Shown here: positions 38,189-48,486 of the stretch, one piece after another
How the letters are laid out: each line of letters opens with the position of its first letter
How positions within the stretch are numbered: position 1 is the first letter of the stretch
Source: Candidatus Heimdallarchaeota archaeon
GTDB taxonomy: Archaea; Asgardarchaeota; Heimdallarchaeia; Hodarchaeales; Hodarchaeaceae
DNA: 64,000 nucleotides
Direction: 5' to 3'
Assembly: GCA_020353515.1 (NCBI GenBank)
Contig: CP070695.1
Location: forward strand, 3,806,277-3,870,276
The notes under the pieces: model-generated
What the model was told of the DNA's origin: nothing
What the model saw: only the letters and a program-made list of their open reading frames with translations
Database searches by the model: none
Made by a program: the position numbers and the translations under genes

Positions 38189-38227
38189 AAAAGGGAGAGT
38201 GGGATGATGGCAACCAATTTTGCCATC
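38189..38227 (-). terminator. Candidate terminator downstream of sdhB (hairpin followed by pyrimidine tract)
   Basis: Inverted repeat GATGGCAA (38206-38213)/TTGCCATC (38220-38227), followed on the minus strand by CTCTCCCTTTT. Confidence 0.45.
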
Positions 38228-38246
38228 CTTGAAGCTAGGAACTAGG

Positions 38247-38978
38247 CTAACGTGACCAAAATTTAAGTGCCTGAATCGCTGCTTGCCGTTTCAAAGCCTG
38301 AATAGCCTCTGTCGGATTAAGCTCCTTTGGACAAGCTTCCACACAATTAAAGGCGGTATGACAACGGAAAACACCATCTTCAGCAGAGACACGTTTAACA
38401 CGATCTTTAGTGTTTTCATCTCTAGTATCCTTTGCAAAACGGAATGCTTTTAAAAGTGCTCCAGGGCCTAAATAATTCTTGTCTGTCCATACTGATACGC
38501 ATGAACTATGGCAACAGCCGCATAGAATGCACTTAGTCGCTTCTTCGATAATTTTGAAGTCTTCGGGACTTTGAATAAGCTCAGTTTCTGGATCTTTGCT
38601 ATGATCGCGCATTAAGAAAGGATCGATAGCAAGCAGTTTCTCATAAAACGGATCCATATCAACTACCAAGTCTTTAATCACAGGGAAGAAGGGGATGGGT
38701 TCTAGTTTAATCTCATCTTTCTTAAGTTGAAGAACTAAGGTCTCGCATGCTAATTGATACTTTTTATTGACTAGAACGGCACAGGAGCCACACACACCAG
38801 CCCGACAGTTATATCTCATGGCTATCGAGCCATCTTGTTTAGCAATTAGTTCTTGTATTGCGATTAAAACAGTTGTCCCTTTGTCACAGTCTAATTCAAA
38901 AGTATCCCAATAAGGTTCAATATCCTTTTTTGGATTGAAGCGTTTGATCTTGAAAATTATTTTTTTAGTTTCACTCAT
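38247..38978 (-). CDS. sdhB: Succinate dehydrogenase/fumarate reductase iron-sulfur subunit
   Basis: CRAGVCGSC [2Fe-2S], CILCGCCHSSC, CHTAFNCVEACP; ATG 38978 after GAGGTGA. Confidence 0.93.
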   Translation of the reverse strand: MSETKKIIFKIKRFNPKKDIEPYWDTFELDCDKGTTVLIAIQELIAKQDGSIAMRYNCRAGVCGSCAVLVNKKYQLACETLVLQLKKDEIKLEPIPFFPVIKDLVVDMDPFYEKLLAIDPFLMRDHSKDPETELIQSPEDFKIIEEATKCILCGCCHSSCVSVWTDKNYLGPGALLKAFRFAKDTRDENTKDRVKRVSAEDGVFRCHTAFNCVEACPKELNPTEAIQALKRQAAIQALKFWSR

Positions 38979-38988
38979 TGTTTTCACC

Positions 38989-40710
38989 TCAGTACTTTCG
39001 TTCCTCCGGTTGCCACTTCGTAATAATGACATCTAGATAGCTCAGTTTGGCTTCACCATCCACATAATTTACCAACGTGTGCTTCAGGAAGTTATCATCG
39101 TCTCTTCCCATGTTATCTAGTCTCCAGTGGCTACCACGGCATTCCTTTCGCTCAAGAGCACCTAAACAAATCGCTTCGGAAAGTTCCAACATTCCCTCGA
39201 GAGCCAAGACCCACTCTAACTCCCTATTGTACAATCTGTCCTTGGATTTAAGGTAAACACCTTCTTTGAATCGTTTCTTAAGTTCCCTGATCTTATTGAG
39301 CGCTTCCGCTAAAGGAGCTTCTTCTCGATAAACAAACACCTTCAACTTCATTGTATCACGCATTTCTTGCATGATCTGGAATGGATCGTTCTTACCTTCA
39401 CCACTGAACCAGAAATCATGTTTTTCTTGTTCCTTAACGAATTCTTCGAAGATTGCATACTTTGCATCAGGAGATGGAGACACTCCTTCTACAAATTTTG
39501 CTGCCTCTAAACCAGATACTTTCCCGAAAACAGCACAACCTAATAATGAATTACCACCCAGACGATTTGCACCATGCACTGAAATGCATGCGCCTTCACC
39601 GCAGGCATAGAAACCTTCCACTTCTTTACTTGCACAGTTCCCATCAACATGAATACCTCCCATTGCGTAATGAAAACCTGGTTGAACTGGGATAGGATCT
39701 TTAATCATGTCCTGGCCACTGAACCGTAAAGCTAGCTCTCTGATTTGGGGAAGACGTTCTAGGATCTGTTCAGCTGGAAGATGTGTTAAGTCAAGATGAA
39801 CATATCCATTCTCTTTTGTCCCATACCCTCTGCCTTCAAGTACTTCTTGGTAAATTGACCTCGATACAATATCTCTCGGAGCAAGCTCCATCTTTTCTGG
39901 AGCATATTTTTCCATGAAACGCTCACCTTTGTTATTTCGTAAGTAACCACCTTCTCCTCGTGCTGCTTCTGAAATTAGAACGTTATTCCCATATAAAGTG
40001 GTTGGGTGAAACTGAATGAACTCCATATCTTTCAAAGCAACGCCTCCCCAATATGCGACAGCCATACCAAAACCTGTACAGTTTAAGGCATTTGATGTAG
40101 CCCCATAGATCTGCCCAGCTCCCCCAATGGCAAATATTGTTGCATCACACTCCCACATCTCAAGTTCACCACTTTTGAAATTGTATACGATAAGTCCTTT
40201 CACTTTTTGGTCTCTTACTACGAGTCGAACAACAAGACGATCTTCGTAAACAGGTACACCTAATTTTACTGATCTTTCCCAGGCAACATGGAGAATTGAA
40301 TGCCCAGTACGATCTGCTGCAAAGCAGGTACGTGGATATCCTGCACCACCAAAAGGCCTTTGACCAATCCTACCATCTTCAAATCTTGAAAAAGGGCAGC
40401 CCCAGTGTTCTAACTCATAAATAGTTTCCTTGGCTAGTTCAATCATCTTGATTACTGCTGGTTGGTCAGCTAAATAATCAGAACCTTTTACAGTGTCAAA
40501 AGCATGCCTTTCAACCGAATCATCTTTAGACTCAGGATGATTTCCGAGGGGAGCATTAATTCCACCTTGAGCTGCAACAGAGTGACTTCTTACAGGCTGA
40601 CAAATTGAAATGACAGCTACATCTGCCCCATTTTCTCTAGCGGCTACTGCTGCACGCATACCAGCTAAGCCAGATCCTACAACTAAGATACTATGTCTCT
40701 TTATTTGCAT
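38989..40710 (-). CDS. sdhA: Succinate dehydrogenase/fumarate reductase flavoprotein subunit
   Basis: [19 protein letters not shown] (covalent FAD His), [35 protein letters not shown] end. Confidence 0.95.
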   Translation of the reverse strand: MQIKRHSILVVGSGLAGMRAAVAARENGADVAVISICQPVRSHSVAAQGGINAPLGNHPESKDDSVERHAFDTVKGSDYLADQPAVIKMIELAKETIYELEHWGCPFSRFEDGRIGQRPFGGAGYPRTCFAADRTGHSILHVAWERSVKLGVPVYEDRLVVRLVVRDQKVKGLIVYNFKSGELEMWECDATIFAIGGAGQIYGATSNALNCTGFGMAVAYWGGVALKDMEFIQFHPTTLYGNNVLISEAARGEGGYLRNNKGERFMEKYAPEKMELAPRDIVSRSIYQEVLEGRGYGTKENGYVHLDLTHLPAEQILERLPQIRELALRFSGQDMIKDPIPVQPGFHYAMGGIHVDGNCASKEVEGFYACGEGACISVHGANRLGGNSLLGCAVFGKVSGLEAAKFVEGVSPSPDAKYAIFEEFVKEQEKHDFWFSGEGKNDPFQIMQEMRDTMKLKVFVYREEAPLAEALNKIRELKKRFKEGVYLKSKDRLYNRELEWVLALEGMLELSEAICLGALERKECRGSHWRLDNMGRDDDNFLKHTLVNYVDGEAKLSYLDVIITKWQPEERKY

Positions 40711-40714
40711 GACT

Positions 40715-41227
40715 CTAACCTCCAAGGGTTCCTCCTATTTCGACAATTCCAGGAAGAATAGCTATTAGGAATAAGCCTAAAGCCCATGTAATAACTCCAA
40801 GAACTAGAAATATCCAAAATATCATCTTTTGATGACGGATTCCTATACCGAGGTCAAATAAAACCACTCTTACTCCATTAGCACCATGATATATTCCTAA
40901 AGCCATTACTCCAGCATCAATGAAGAATCCAATAGACAACATGTGATTTAACAATTCAACTCCAGTGTCAAAGAGATTTTGATTCATTGCATGAACTACT
41001 GTATTATATAATTCTCCCGCTTGAAATCCTAGGAACGGATCGAGTAACATCAAACCGATGATTGACATATGAATAAAAACGTAGATTAGAAGGCATAATC
41101 CAGTTATCCTCTGGAAAAGCCATGCATACATACCCATTCCACGAGAAAATGGATTGAACCAAGAGAGGAAATTAGATGCTTTACTGCTTGTTTCAATTTG
41201 TGAATCTTCAACTGTGACTTTTGTCAT
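40715..41227 (-). CDS. sdhC: Succinate dehydrogenase cytochrome b subunit (SdhC-like)
   Basis: [25 protein letters not shown]; 3 TM. Confidence 0.8.
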   Translation of the reverse strand: MTKVTVEDSQIETSSKASNFLSWFNPFSRGMGMYAWLFQRITGLCLLIYVFIHMSIIGLMLLDPFLGFQAGELYNTVVHAMNQNLFDTGVELLNHMLSIGFFIDAGVMALGIYHGANGVRVVLFDLGIGIRHQKMIFWIFLVLGVITWALGLFLIAILPGIVEIGGTLGG

Positions 41228-41237
41228 TTACTTCACC

Positions 41238-41663
41238 TTATGCAACCATCACCGTATAATTTAGGAAGAACGCATAAACTACCAATAAAAAGCCAATAAG
41301 TAGGAGTACTATTGCGAGTAACCTTTTACTCACTCTTCCAGGGGCTAAATCAAGTGTGACCGTTCTAAATCCGTTTAACATGTGAAAAACAACTGTTAAA
41401 ACGAATAATACCGATATCCAGAAGTAAAAAGGAAAATTAATCATCTTCCATCGAACAGCTTGGAATGATGCAATACCATATGTTTCGACTATATCTAGTG
41501 GAAGATGAGCACTTAAATAGTGGTTTACCAGCATATGAAATAGGATCAGGAAAAATAACATTACTCCTGTTATTCGCTGAAGAACCCACCAAAGAGCACT
41601 CTTCTTACTATGTTTTGGCAAAAATTTTGCAAATTTGCTTTCAGAAAAAAGTTCAGTTCCCAT
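41238..41663 (-). CDS. sdhD: Succinate dehydrogenase membrane anchor subunit (SdhD-like)
   Basis: WWVLQRITG, FHM, FHMLNGFRTV; 3 TM. Confidence 0.75.
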   Translation of the reverse strand: MGTELFSESKFAKFLPKHSKKSALWWVLQRITGVMLFFLILFHMLVNHYLSAHLPLDIVETYGIASFQAVRWKMINFPFYFWISVLFVLTVVFHMLNGFRTVTLDLAPGRVSKRLLAIVLLLIGFLLVVYAFFLNYTVMVA

Positions 41664-41941
41664 ATTTTGCTCACATCACACATAAAACTATTAATTTCTA
41701 CGATTATCGTAAGCTAATAACTCTGTGGAATATATGGACATGTCGAGAATAGTATCTTAAATTATTTGTTGGAAAAAAGTGGCTATTTTTCAAACACAAA
41801 GTAAAATTCATAATAATTCAGGCTGAGTATTCCTGAGGGAATAATAACTAAAAACAAAAAAATGGATTGAAATAGAGAAATAGTAACTCTATTAACCTAA
41901 CTGGGACTACTAATCTTAATTCGTAGAATTCAGGTGATTTT

Positions 41942-42271
41942 ATGTTTATTCGCATTATTACAGTACCAGCACGAGAAATCGCTTTTGAAAATCTAGAATC
42001 AATCCGAAAAACTCTAGTTGAAGAGAATTATCGAGCATTAAAGGAACAAAAGGGATGGAAAAAGACAGTAGTTATGTATAATCAAGAAAAGAAACAATTC
42101 AAAGTAATCACTTACTGGTCTTCCAAGGAACAAGCTGGAGTCCTTGATGAAAGGGATCCTGAGTTGTCTAGCTCAGCTTATATACAAGTTGGAAAACATG
42201 CAGAATATTTTGAAAATGAAAACCTCACTGTTGAACATTATGATCATTTAGAAACTATAGAAAACACCTAA
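41942..42271 (+). CDS. ABM-like (dimeric alpha-beta barrel) small protein
   Basis: MFIRI..., LKEQKGW, ITYWSSKE pattern; AGGTGA upstream. Confidence 0.5.
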   Translation: MFIRIITVPAREIAFENLESIRKTLVEENYRALKEQKGWKKTVVMYNQEKKQFKVITYWSSKEQAGVLDERDPELSSSAYIQVGKHAEYFENENLTVEHYDHLETIENT

Positions 42272-42332
42272 TCCAAAACAATTGAAATTTCACTACTAGG
42301 AAAAAAAAGAAATTGTGAGTAAGAATCTCATT

Positions 42333-43682
42333 TTACCGATTCTTCACATCAATATAATTTCCTGCATCTGGGAGTATGTAGACAAGGGGATCTTGATTCT
42401 TTTCTTCTCTGTACTTCTGAATCCATGCAAGAAGGCTTTCCTGAACATCACCTGTTCGTGGAACATATTTTATCTGGAAAATCTCTTCGAGCTCGTCTTT
42501 ATCCATCTCAGTAATCATGTGACAAGTACATCGTTGTAAGATGCGTATTAAATCGACTACTTTCTGATTACCAATCTTAAAATTATCAATACTACATTTA
42601 GTTTTAATCACATGATCCATCGCTTCATCAAGTTCCATACCTTTAATTTCTTCCATCGTATCTTTGTAATTCTGAGACCCATGACCTAGGGGGCAGTGAG
42701 CAAGTAACAACACGTCCCCACCTTCTTTTACTGCATTCCAACCAGCATGAAATCCTTTTCCACCTTGATACAAATTGATACTCAATGCTCCAGTAGATAC
42801 AATGACAAGGTCAGCACCTTCATCCACCTCTACAATCCTTAGTGGCTTTAAAGTTTCTAGAACTAATTCATGTAAAGAGTTGATATCTCCTGCATTCAGA
42901 ATAACTATGTCGTCTCCTTCCATCACCGCATCAATATCAAAGACAGGTACCATCTTTTTAGTTTTTTTTGCCATCTCTATCATATCTTGGATGACAGGAT
43001 TCCCTTCGGTATTTCCGAGTCTACATGCAGGTTTAAACCCGTGATCCTTATCAAACATTTGAGGATGATTCCTGGCAATGGTTTCTTTTCCTGCACATCC
43101 TGGAAAGAAAGATTTTACGGTTCCTGCTACTCCAGCGAAATAGTGGTATTCACTATCAGAGACTGCAATGACTAAACCAGATTCCAACACATCAATGTCT
43201 ACTTCAATAGGTGTACCCAGCGATGATGTTCCAATATTCTTACAGTTTTCCGCTTGCTTGTGGATTAAGACATATTCTTTCCACGCATTATAAATTTCAG
43301 AACCAAGGATTTTATTTTCAAGTAAATCATCACTTGGTGGACTATGGGATCCACTTGCAATCATAATACGAATGTCATCTTTATCTACTCCATAATCGAA
43401 CAGTTTTTCTAAAAGCATTGGAAGTAAAATCTTCGTGTGCTTATTTGGCCTTGTTGCATCATCCACAAGAATCATTATTTTCGGTCTTTGCCGATTTTTC
43501 ACCATTTCCTCTAAAGGGGGTGAATCAACTGGATTTTTGATGATTTCATCAAAACGAGCTTGGAGATCTGTGAAAGTTCGTTTTGCTTTCTCGGGCTCCA
43601 GAACTCGTACATTCAGATCAGCTGGGATAAAATGGGAAATCATTTCATCCCCGTATGCTAACGCTATATCCTTGTAAGTCAT
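42333..43682 (-). CDS. larA: LarA-family nickel-pincer-dependent 2-hydroxyacid racemase
   Basis: VDDATRP, ASGSH, EYHYFAGVAGTVKSFFPG, IARNH correspond to conserved LarA D/R, H, H/K, H residues; ATG 43682 preferred. Confidence 0.85.
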   Translation of the reverse strand: MTYKDIALAYGDEMISHFIPADLNVRVLEPEKAKRTFTDLQARFDEIIKNPVDSPPLEEMVKNRQRPKIMILVDDATRPNKHTKILLPMLLEKLFDYGVDKDDIRIMIASGSHSPPSDDLLENKILGSEIYNAWKEYVLIHKQAENCKNIGTSSLGTPIEVDIDVLESGLVIAVSDSEYHYFAGVAGTVKSFFPGCAGKETIARNHPQMFDKDHGFKPACRLGNTEGNPVIQDMIEMAKKTKKMVPVFDIDAVMEGDDIVILNAGDINSLHELVLETLKPLRIVEVDEGADLVIVSTGALSINLYQGGKGFHAGWNAVKEGGDVLLLAHCPLGHGSQNYKDTMEEIKGMELDEAMDHVIKTKCSIDNFKIGNQKVVDLIRILQRCTCHMITEMDKDELEEIFQIKYVPRTGDVQESLLAWIQKYREEKNQDPLVYILPDAGNYIDVKNR

Positions 43683-43806
43683 AAGTATCATCCCTACTAA
43701 ATCCGTAATTTCCATTATTTTATAATAATTTTTCCTCCAATGCTTTATGAGAAGCAAGAATAAGCAGGTTTCACTTAATATTCTATTTCTAACCACAATA
43801 AAACGT

Positions 43807-43917
43807 AAATGTAATTAGAATGTAGATTACATTTTTTATAATAAAATTCTTATTGACTTGTCAATTTTTTATAACTAGACTCTAGAATTCCCTCGTAAGT
43901 AAATAAGAGGGAAATTC
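43807..43917. promoter_or_regulatory. Cluster of three inverted repeats in the divergent larA/acl promoter region
   Basis: AAATGTAAT-N10-ATTACATTT (43807-43834); ATTGAC-TT-GTCAAT (43852-43865); TTCCCTC-N12-GAGGGAA (43888-43913). Confidence 0.4.
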
Positions 43918-43984
43918 AAAATGTACGTTACTTCCTGCCTTTTTCTATATTATATTTCTTAAGTAGATTTAGAGAGGAAAGAAT

Positions 43985-45274
43985 ATGGCACAAAAGTCAA
44001 TATATGAATTTTCAGCAAAGAAATTACTTATGTTAGAGTTACCAAAATATTTCCCTGAATATAATTATCATGGGAAACTCGCGGTAATTACGCCTGATAC
44101 TGATTGGAATAAATTAGTCACCGCCAATCCTTGGCTTAAAACTGATAAGCTTGTAGCAAAGCCTGATCAACTTTTTGGAAAGCGTGGTAAAGCAAAATTA
44201 TTGCTATTAGACGCGGATTTTGATGGACTGAAATCTTTCTGTTCTGATAGGTTAAATAAAGGAGTGGAAATTGATGGTATTAAAGGTACTCTCAATAGAT
44301 TTCTAGTTGAACCATTCATTCCACACGAGAAAGAATTTTATGTCTCAATAACTTCTGATATGGAAAATGATATTATTCACTTTTCTTTCGAAGGAGGTAT
44401 TTTCGTTGAGGAAAACTGGGATAAAGTAATACATATTCCTGTCCCAATTGGAACTGATATTTCAACTTTTGATCTAGCAAGTAAGCTTCCAGATTTAGGT
44501 AACTTGAGAAATGAACTTATACAATTTATCAAAGGAGTTTATCAAGTCTATGTCGACCAAGATTTCGCTTTTCTAGAGATAAATCCTTTCGCCATCACTG
44601 AAGACAAAAAGATAGTTCCTTTAGATTTAAAAGCCAAACTTGATGATACTGCTAGTTTTTTACATATAGATACTTGGGGAAATCCAGATAATCCTATTGA
44701 GTTTCCAAGGGCTTTTGGACAAAAATTATCTAAAGAGGAACAATTTATTTCTGACTTGGATGAAAAAACTGGAGCTTCCTTAAAATTTACCATCTTGAAC
44801 AGAGACGCCCGAGTATGGACGATGGTAGCAGGGGGCGGTGGATCTGTCGTGTACACAGATACTATCGCTGATATGGGGTTTTCTAAAGAATTAGGCAATT
44901 ATGGAGAATATTCAGGAAACCCTAATCGAGAGCATACAGAACTTTACGCCCAGACGATCATTGATGTTATCACGGAAAAACCTGATCCTCAAGGACGCCC
45001 CAAGATTTTACTTATAGGTGGTGGAATTGCGAATTTCACTGATGTGAAAGCAACCTTTATGGGTATTGTAGCAGCCTTACGTAAATCTGCAGAAAAGTTG
45101 CGTAATGCTAATGTTAAAATCTACGTCCGGCGAGGTGGGCCAAATGAAAAAGAAGGATTGAAATTGATGAAGGATGTTGGTCAAGAAATAGGGGTTCCTA
45201 TTGAAGTCTTTGATAGATATACACATATGACAAAGATTGTTCCATTATCCTTGGAGCTAGTTAAAGGAGATTAG
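43985..45274 (+). CDS. aclB: ATP-citrate lyase, ATP-grasp/citrate-binding subunit (AclB; equivalent to N-terminal half of eukaryotic ACLY)
   Basis: VAKPDQLFGKRGK, LEINP, GASLKFTILN, WTMVAGGGGSVVYTD, NYGEYSGNP, GGGIANFT, VRRGGPN. Confidence 0.93.
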   Translation: MAQKSIYEFSAKKLLMLELPKYFPEYNYHGKLAVITPDTDWNKLVTANPWLKTDKLVAKPDQLFGKRGKAKLLLLDADFDGLKSFCSDRLNKGVEIDGIKGTLNRFLVEPFIPHEKEFYVSITSDMENDIIHFSFEGGIFVEENWDKVIHIPVPIGTDISTFDLASKLPDLGNLRNELIQFIKGVYQVYVDQDFAFLEINPFAITEDKKIVPLDLKAKLDDTASFLHIDTWGNPDNPIEFPRAFGQKLSKEEQFISDLDEKTGASLKFTILNRDARVWTMVAGGGGSVVYTDTIADMGFSKELGNYGEYSGNPNREHTELYAQTIIDVITEKPDPQGRPKILLIGGGIANFTDVKATFMGIVAALRKSAEKLRNANVKIYVRRGGPNEKEGLKLMKDVGQEIGVPIEVFDRYTHMTKIVPLSLELVKGD

Positions 45275-45277
45275 AAA

Positions 45278-47116
45278 ATGACAGTTGAACTATTTAATCG
45301 GAATACTAAGGCAATTATTTACGGTTTTCAACGTAATGCCATTCAACGAATGCTTGATTTTGACTTTGTATGTAAAAGAGAAACTCCTTCGGTCGCTGCA
45401 GTAATCAGACCGAGTCAAGCAGGGGCAATCGGTTACCATAAAGTGTTTTGGGGTGGGAAAGAAATTGTTATACCAATTTATCGCAAACTTGCACTCGCAA
45501 TCAAAAAACATCCTGATGCCGACGTTTTAATCAACTTTTCATCATTTCGCTCTGCGTATCCAACAACAATGGAAGCGTTGAATGCTGATACCATCAAGAC
45601 TGTAGCTGTTATTGCAGAGGGAATCCCTGAACGCCAAAGCCGTGAAATGCATAAGTTAGCCCAGAGTAAAGGAAAAGTAATAATTGGTCCTGCGACTGTG
45701 GGCGGAATACAAGCAGGGGCATTCAAAATTGGTAATACAGCCGGAACAATAGAAAATGTTGTTCTTTCTAAACTCTATCGTCCAGGTAGTGTTGGATTCG
45801 TGTCAAAAAGCGGAGGTATGAGTAATGAAATGAATTTTGCAATCTCTCAGAACTCCGATGGTGTCTATGAAGGAATAGCTATCGGTGGTGACCGCTATGC
45901 TGGATCGACCCTATTGGATCATCTGCTTCGGTACGAGGCTAATCCTAAGATAAAGATGATGGTTTGTCTTGGTGAAGTTGGTGGTACAGGAGAAATAGAT
46001 ATTGTCAATGCTGTTAAAGATGGTCGTATCACTAAACCCCTAGTGATGTGGTGTATTGGTACAGCAGCTAGTATCCTCCCATCTGGATTACAATTCGGAC
46101 ATGCAGGTGCAATGGCTGGTAGTGAGATGGAAACAGCTAGCGCAAAGAATAAAGCTCTCGCGGAAGTCGGAGTAATCGTTCCTGATTCCTATGACGATTT
46201 CGGTGACAAGATCAAGGAAACCTTTGAAAAACTGAAAGCTGAAGGAAAGATTGACCCCATCGATGAATTTGAACCTCCAAAATTACCTATGGACTATGCC
46301 CAAGCTTCTAGACAAGGTATTGTAAGAAGACCAACCGATGTTGTATGTACAATCAGTGATGAGCGAGGAGACGTTCCAATGTTTGCAGGTGTTGGTCTTG
46401 ATAGAATTATTAGGGAAAATAAATCGATTGGGTATACAATAGGTTTACTCTGGTTCAAAAGGGAGTTACCACAATATGCCCAAGACTACATCGAAATGGT
46501 TGTAAAATTAACTGCAGATCATGGACCAGCTGTTAGTGGTGCCCATAATGCAATAATAACTGCTCGCGCTGGTCGAGATCTTATGTCTTCGCTTTCGAGT
46601 GGAATCTTAACAATAGGTCCACGATTTGGTGGTGCCATCTCTGATGCAGCGAAATACATCAAGGAAGCTGTTGATAAAGGCTCGAAACCAGTAGATTTCG
46701 TTGACTACATGAAAAACGTTGTCGGAATAAATATTCCTGGTATCGGCCATAGGATAAAATCTGTCCAGAATCCTGATGTTCGTGTAACACTCCTAAAGGA
46801 ATTCGTTTTCAAACACTTTGAGACACATCCTCATCTTGATTTTTCCTTAGAAGTAGAAAAAATTACTACTGCAAAGCGAAATAACCTTATCCTCAATGTT
46901 GACGGATGTATTGGGATCTGTTTCTTGGATCTCCTCTTAAATCTTGGTTTAACTGATGATGAAATACAAGATGTTATCGATAGCGAGTTACTCAACGGAT
47001 TATTCGTTCTTGGCCGATCTATTGGAATGATGGGGCATATCTTTGATCAGAAAAGACAGAGAGCCGCTCTTTATAGACAACCGTGGGATGAGATCTTGTT
47101 TAGTACAGAAAACTAG
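45278..47116 (+). CDS. aclA: ATP-citrate lyase, CoA-binding/citryl-CoA lyase subunit (AclA; C-terminal half of ACLY)
   Basis: MLDFDFVCKRETPSVAA, IGPATVGGI, KLYRPGSV, QFGHAGA, ADHGPAVSGAHN, PGIGHRIKS, NLILNVDG, LYRQPWDEI. Confidence 0.95.
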   Translation: MTVELFNRNTKAIIYGFQRNAIQRMLDFDFVCKRETPSVAAVIRPSQAGAIGYHKVFWGGKEIVIPIYRKLALAIKKHPDADVLINFSSFRSAYPTTMEALNADTIKTVAVIAEGIPERQSREMHKLAQSKGKVIIGPATVGGIQAGAFKIGNTAGTIENVVLSKLYRPGSVGFVSKSGGMSNEMNFAISQNSDGVYEGIAIGGDRYAGSTLLDHLLRYEANPKIKMMVCLGEVGGTGEIDIVNAVKDGRITKPLVMWCIGTAASILPSGLQFGHAGAMAGSEMETASAKNKALAEVGVIVPDSYDDFGDKIKETFEKLKAEGKIDPIDEFEPPKLPMDYAQASRQGIVRRPTDVVCTISDERGDVPMFAGVGLDRIIRENKSIGYTIGLLWFKRELPQYAQDYIEMVVKLTADHGPAVSGAHNAIITARAGRDLMSSLSSGILTIGPRFGGAISDAAKYIKEAVDKGSKPVDFVDYMKNVVGINIPGIGHRIKSVQNPDVRVTLLKEFVFKHFETHPHLDFSLEVEKITTAKRNNLILNVDGCIGICFLDLLLNLGLTDDEIQDVIDSELLNGLFVLGRSIGMMGHIFDQKRQRAALYRQPWDEILFSTEN

Positions 47117-47117
47117 G

Positions 47118-47141
47118 AGAAAAGTCCCCCCTTTTCTTTTT
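47118..47141 (+). terminator. Candidate terminator after aclA
   Basis: AGAAAAG/CTTTTCT inverted repeat running into a T tract immediately after the stop codon. Confidence 0.35.
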
Positions 47142-47202
47142 ACTAAGGTTTAAAGATAAATCAATTAAATTAAAATTATTAAAATCGTAAAGGTGATAAA
47201 TA

Positions 47203-48402
47203 ATGTCTGAAGAATATGTGAAAAAAGCAACAGAGCATTTTGAAAAATTGGTAAGGGAACAGTTAGAACGCGTAGAAAGGATGAAAAAAGAGCCTGATTG
47301 GACAGATTACAGCACATTAAAACCGATCATCATTGGTGCTTGTGGTGGAGATGGTATCGGGCCTAAAATCACTGAGCACGCTGTGGCTGTTTTAAACTTC
47401 CTCTTAAAGGATGAAATCAAGTCAGGAAAAATCGAAATCCGAAATATTGAAGGTTTAACCATCGAGAACAGAGCAAAAGTGATGAAAGCGATTCCTGATG
47501 ATGTTTTGGAAGATTTAAAGAAATGCCACGTCATCCTCAAAGGTCCAACCACCACTCCGTGGAAAGGAAATAAGTATGGTTGGCCAAATATTGAGAGTGC
47601 TAATGTGGCAATGCGTCGAGAACTAGACCTCTTTGCCAACGTTCGTCCTGTTCGTGTTCCCGAAAAGAACATCGATTGGATGTTTTATCGTGAGAATACA
47701 GAAGGAGCATACGTTCTTGGTTCAAAAGGTGTTGATGTCTCCGATGACCTGGCCATAGACTTCAAAGTGATTACTAATCAGGGTTCTGACCGTATTATCA
47801 GAGCAGCGTTTGATTATGCAAAGAAAAACAATATCAATAAAGTTACTGTAGTCACAAAGGCCAATGTTGTCAAGAAAACAGATGGTAAATTCCTTGCAAT
47901 TGCTGAAGAAGTTGCTAAAGACTATCCAGAGGTTGAATGGGACGATTGGTATATTGACATCATGACCGCAAAACTCATCGATCCTGCTCGACAGAGCTCG
48001 TTCCGAGTGATTACTGCTCCAAACCTGTATGGTGACATTGTTACCGACGAAGCAGCTCAGATTCAAGGGGGTTTAGGAACTGCAGGGGCCGCTAATATTG
48101 GAAAACGATATTCGATGTTTGAAGCTGTCCACGGTTCTGCTCTTCGAATGGTTGAAGATGGCAGGGTGGACTACGCAGACCCTACAAGTATCATTAAGGC
48201 AGCTTCGATGTTATTGAACCATATTGGATTCACAGAGAAGGCAGACAGACTTGACAAAGCTATTGAGATCTGTTCTCAGTATGAAAAGAAGTTTGTCATA
48301 ACAGGCAGAGATACAGGAGCAACTGGAGAAGAATATGCCAAATATATAATGGAAACGCTCCAAGATCCCAATATTGACCAGAAATGGCAAAGTTATCAGT
48401 GA
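47203..48402 (+). CDS. icd: Isocitrate dehydrogenase (isocitrate/isopropylmalate dehydrogenase family)
   Basis: GDGIGP, KGPTTTP, SANVAMR (S/N isocitrate-type motif), RENTEG, KANVVK, NLYGDI, FEAVHGS; TCA context. Confidence 0.8.
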   Translation: MSEEYVKKATEHFEKLVREQLERVERMKKEPDWTDYSTLKPIIIGACGGDGIGPKITEHAVAVLNFLLKDEIKSGKIEIRNIEGLTIENRAKVMKAIPDDVLEDLKKCHVILKGPTTTPWKGNKYGWPNIESANVAMRRELDLFANVRPVRVPEKNIDWMFYRENTEGAYVLGSKGVDVSDDLAIDFKVITNQGSDRIIRAAFDYAKKNNINKVTVVTKANVVKKTDGKFLAIAEEVAKDYPEVEWDDWYIDIMTAKLIDPARQSSFRVITAPNLYGDIVTDEAAQIQGGLGTAGAANIGKRYSMFEAVHGSALRMVEDGRVDYADPTSIIKAASMLLNHIGFTEKADRLDKAIEICSQYEKKFVITGRDTGATGEEYAKYIMETLQDPNIDQKWQSYQ

Positions 48403-48486
48403 AATGCTTAATTTTCCATTTCTTTCCTTTTTTCTTTGTTGTCACATCAATATTTTTTTTTAAATAAAGAGGGAGATTGGAAGGAA

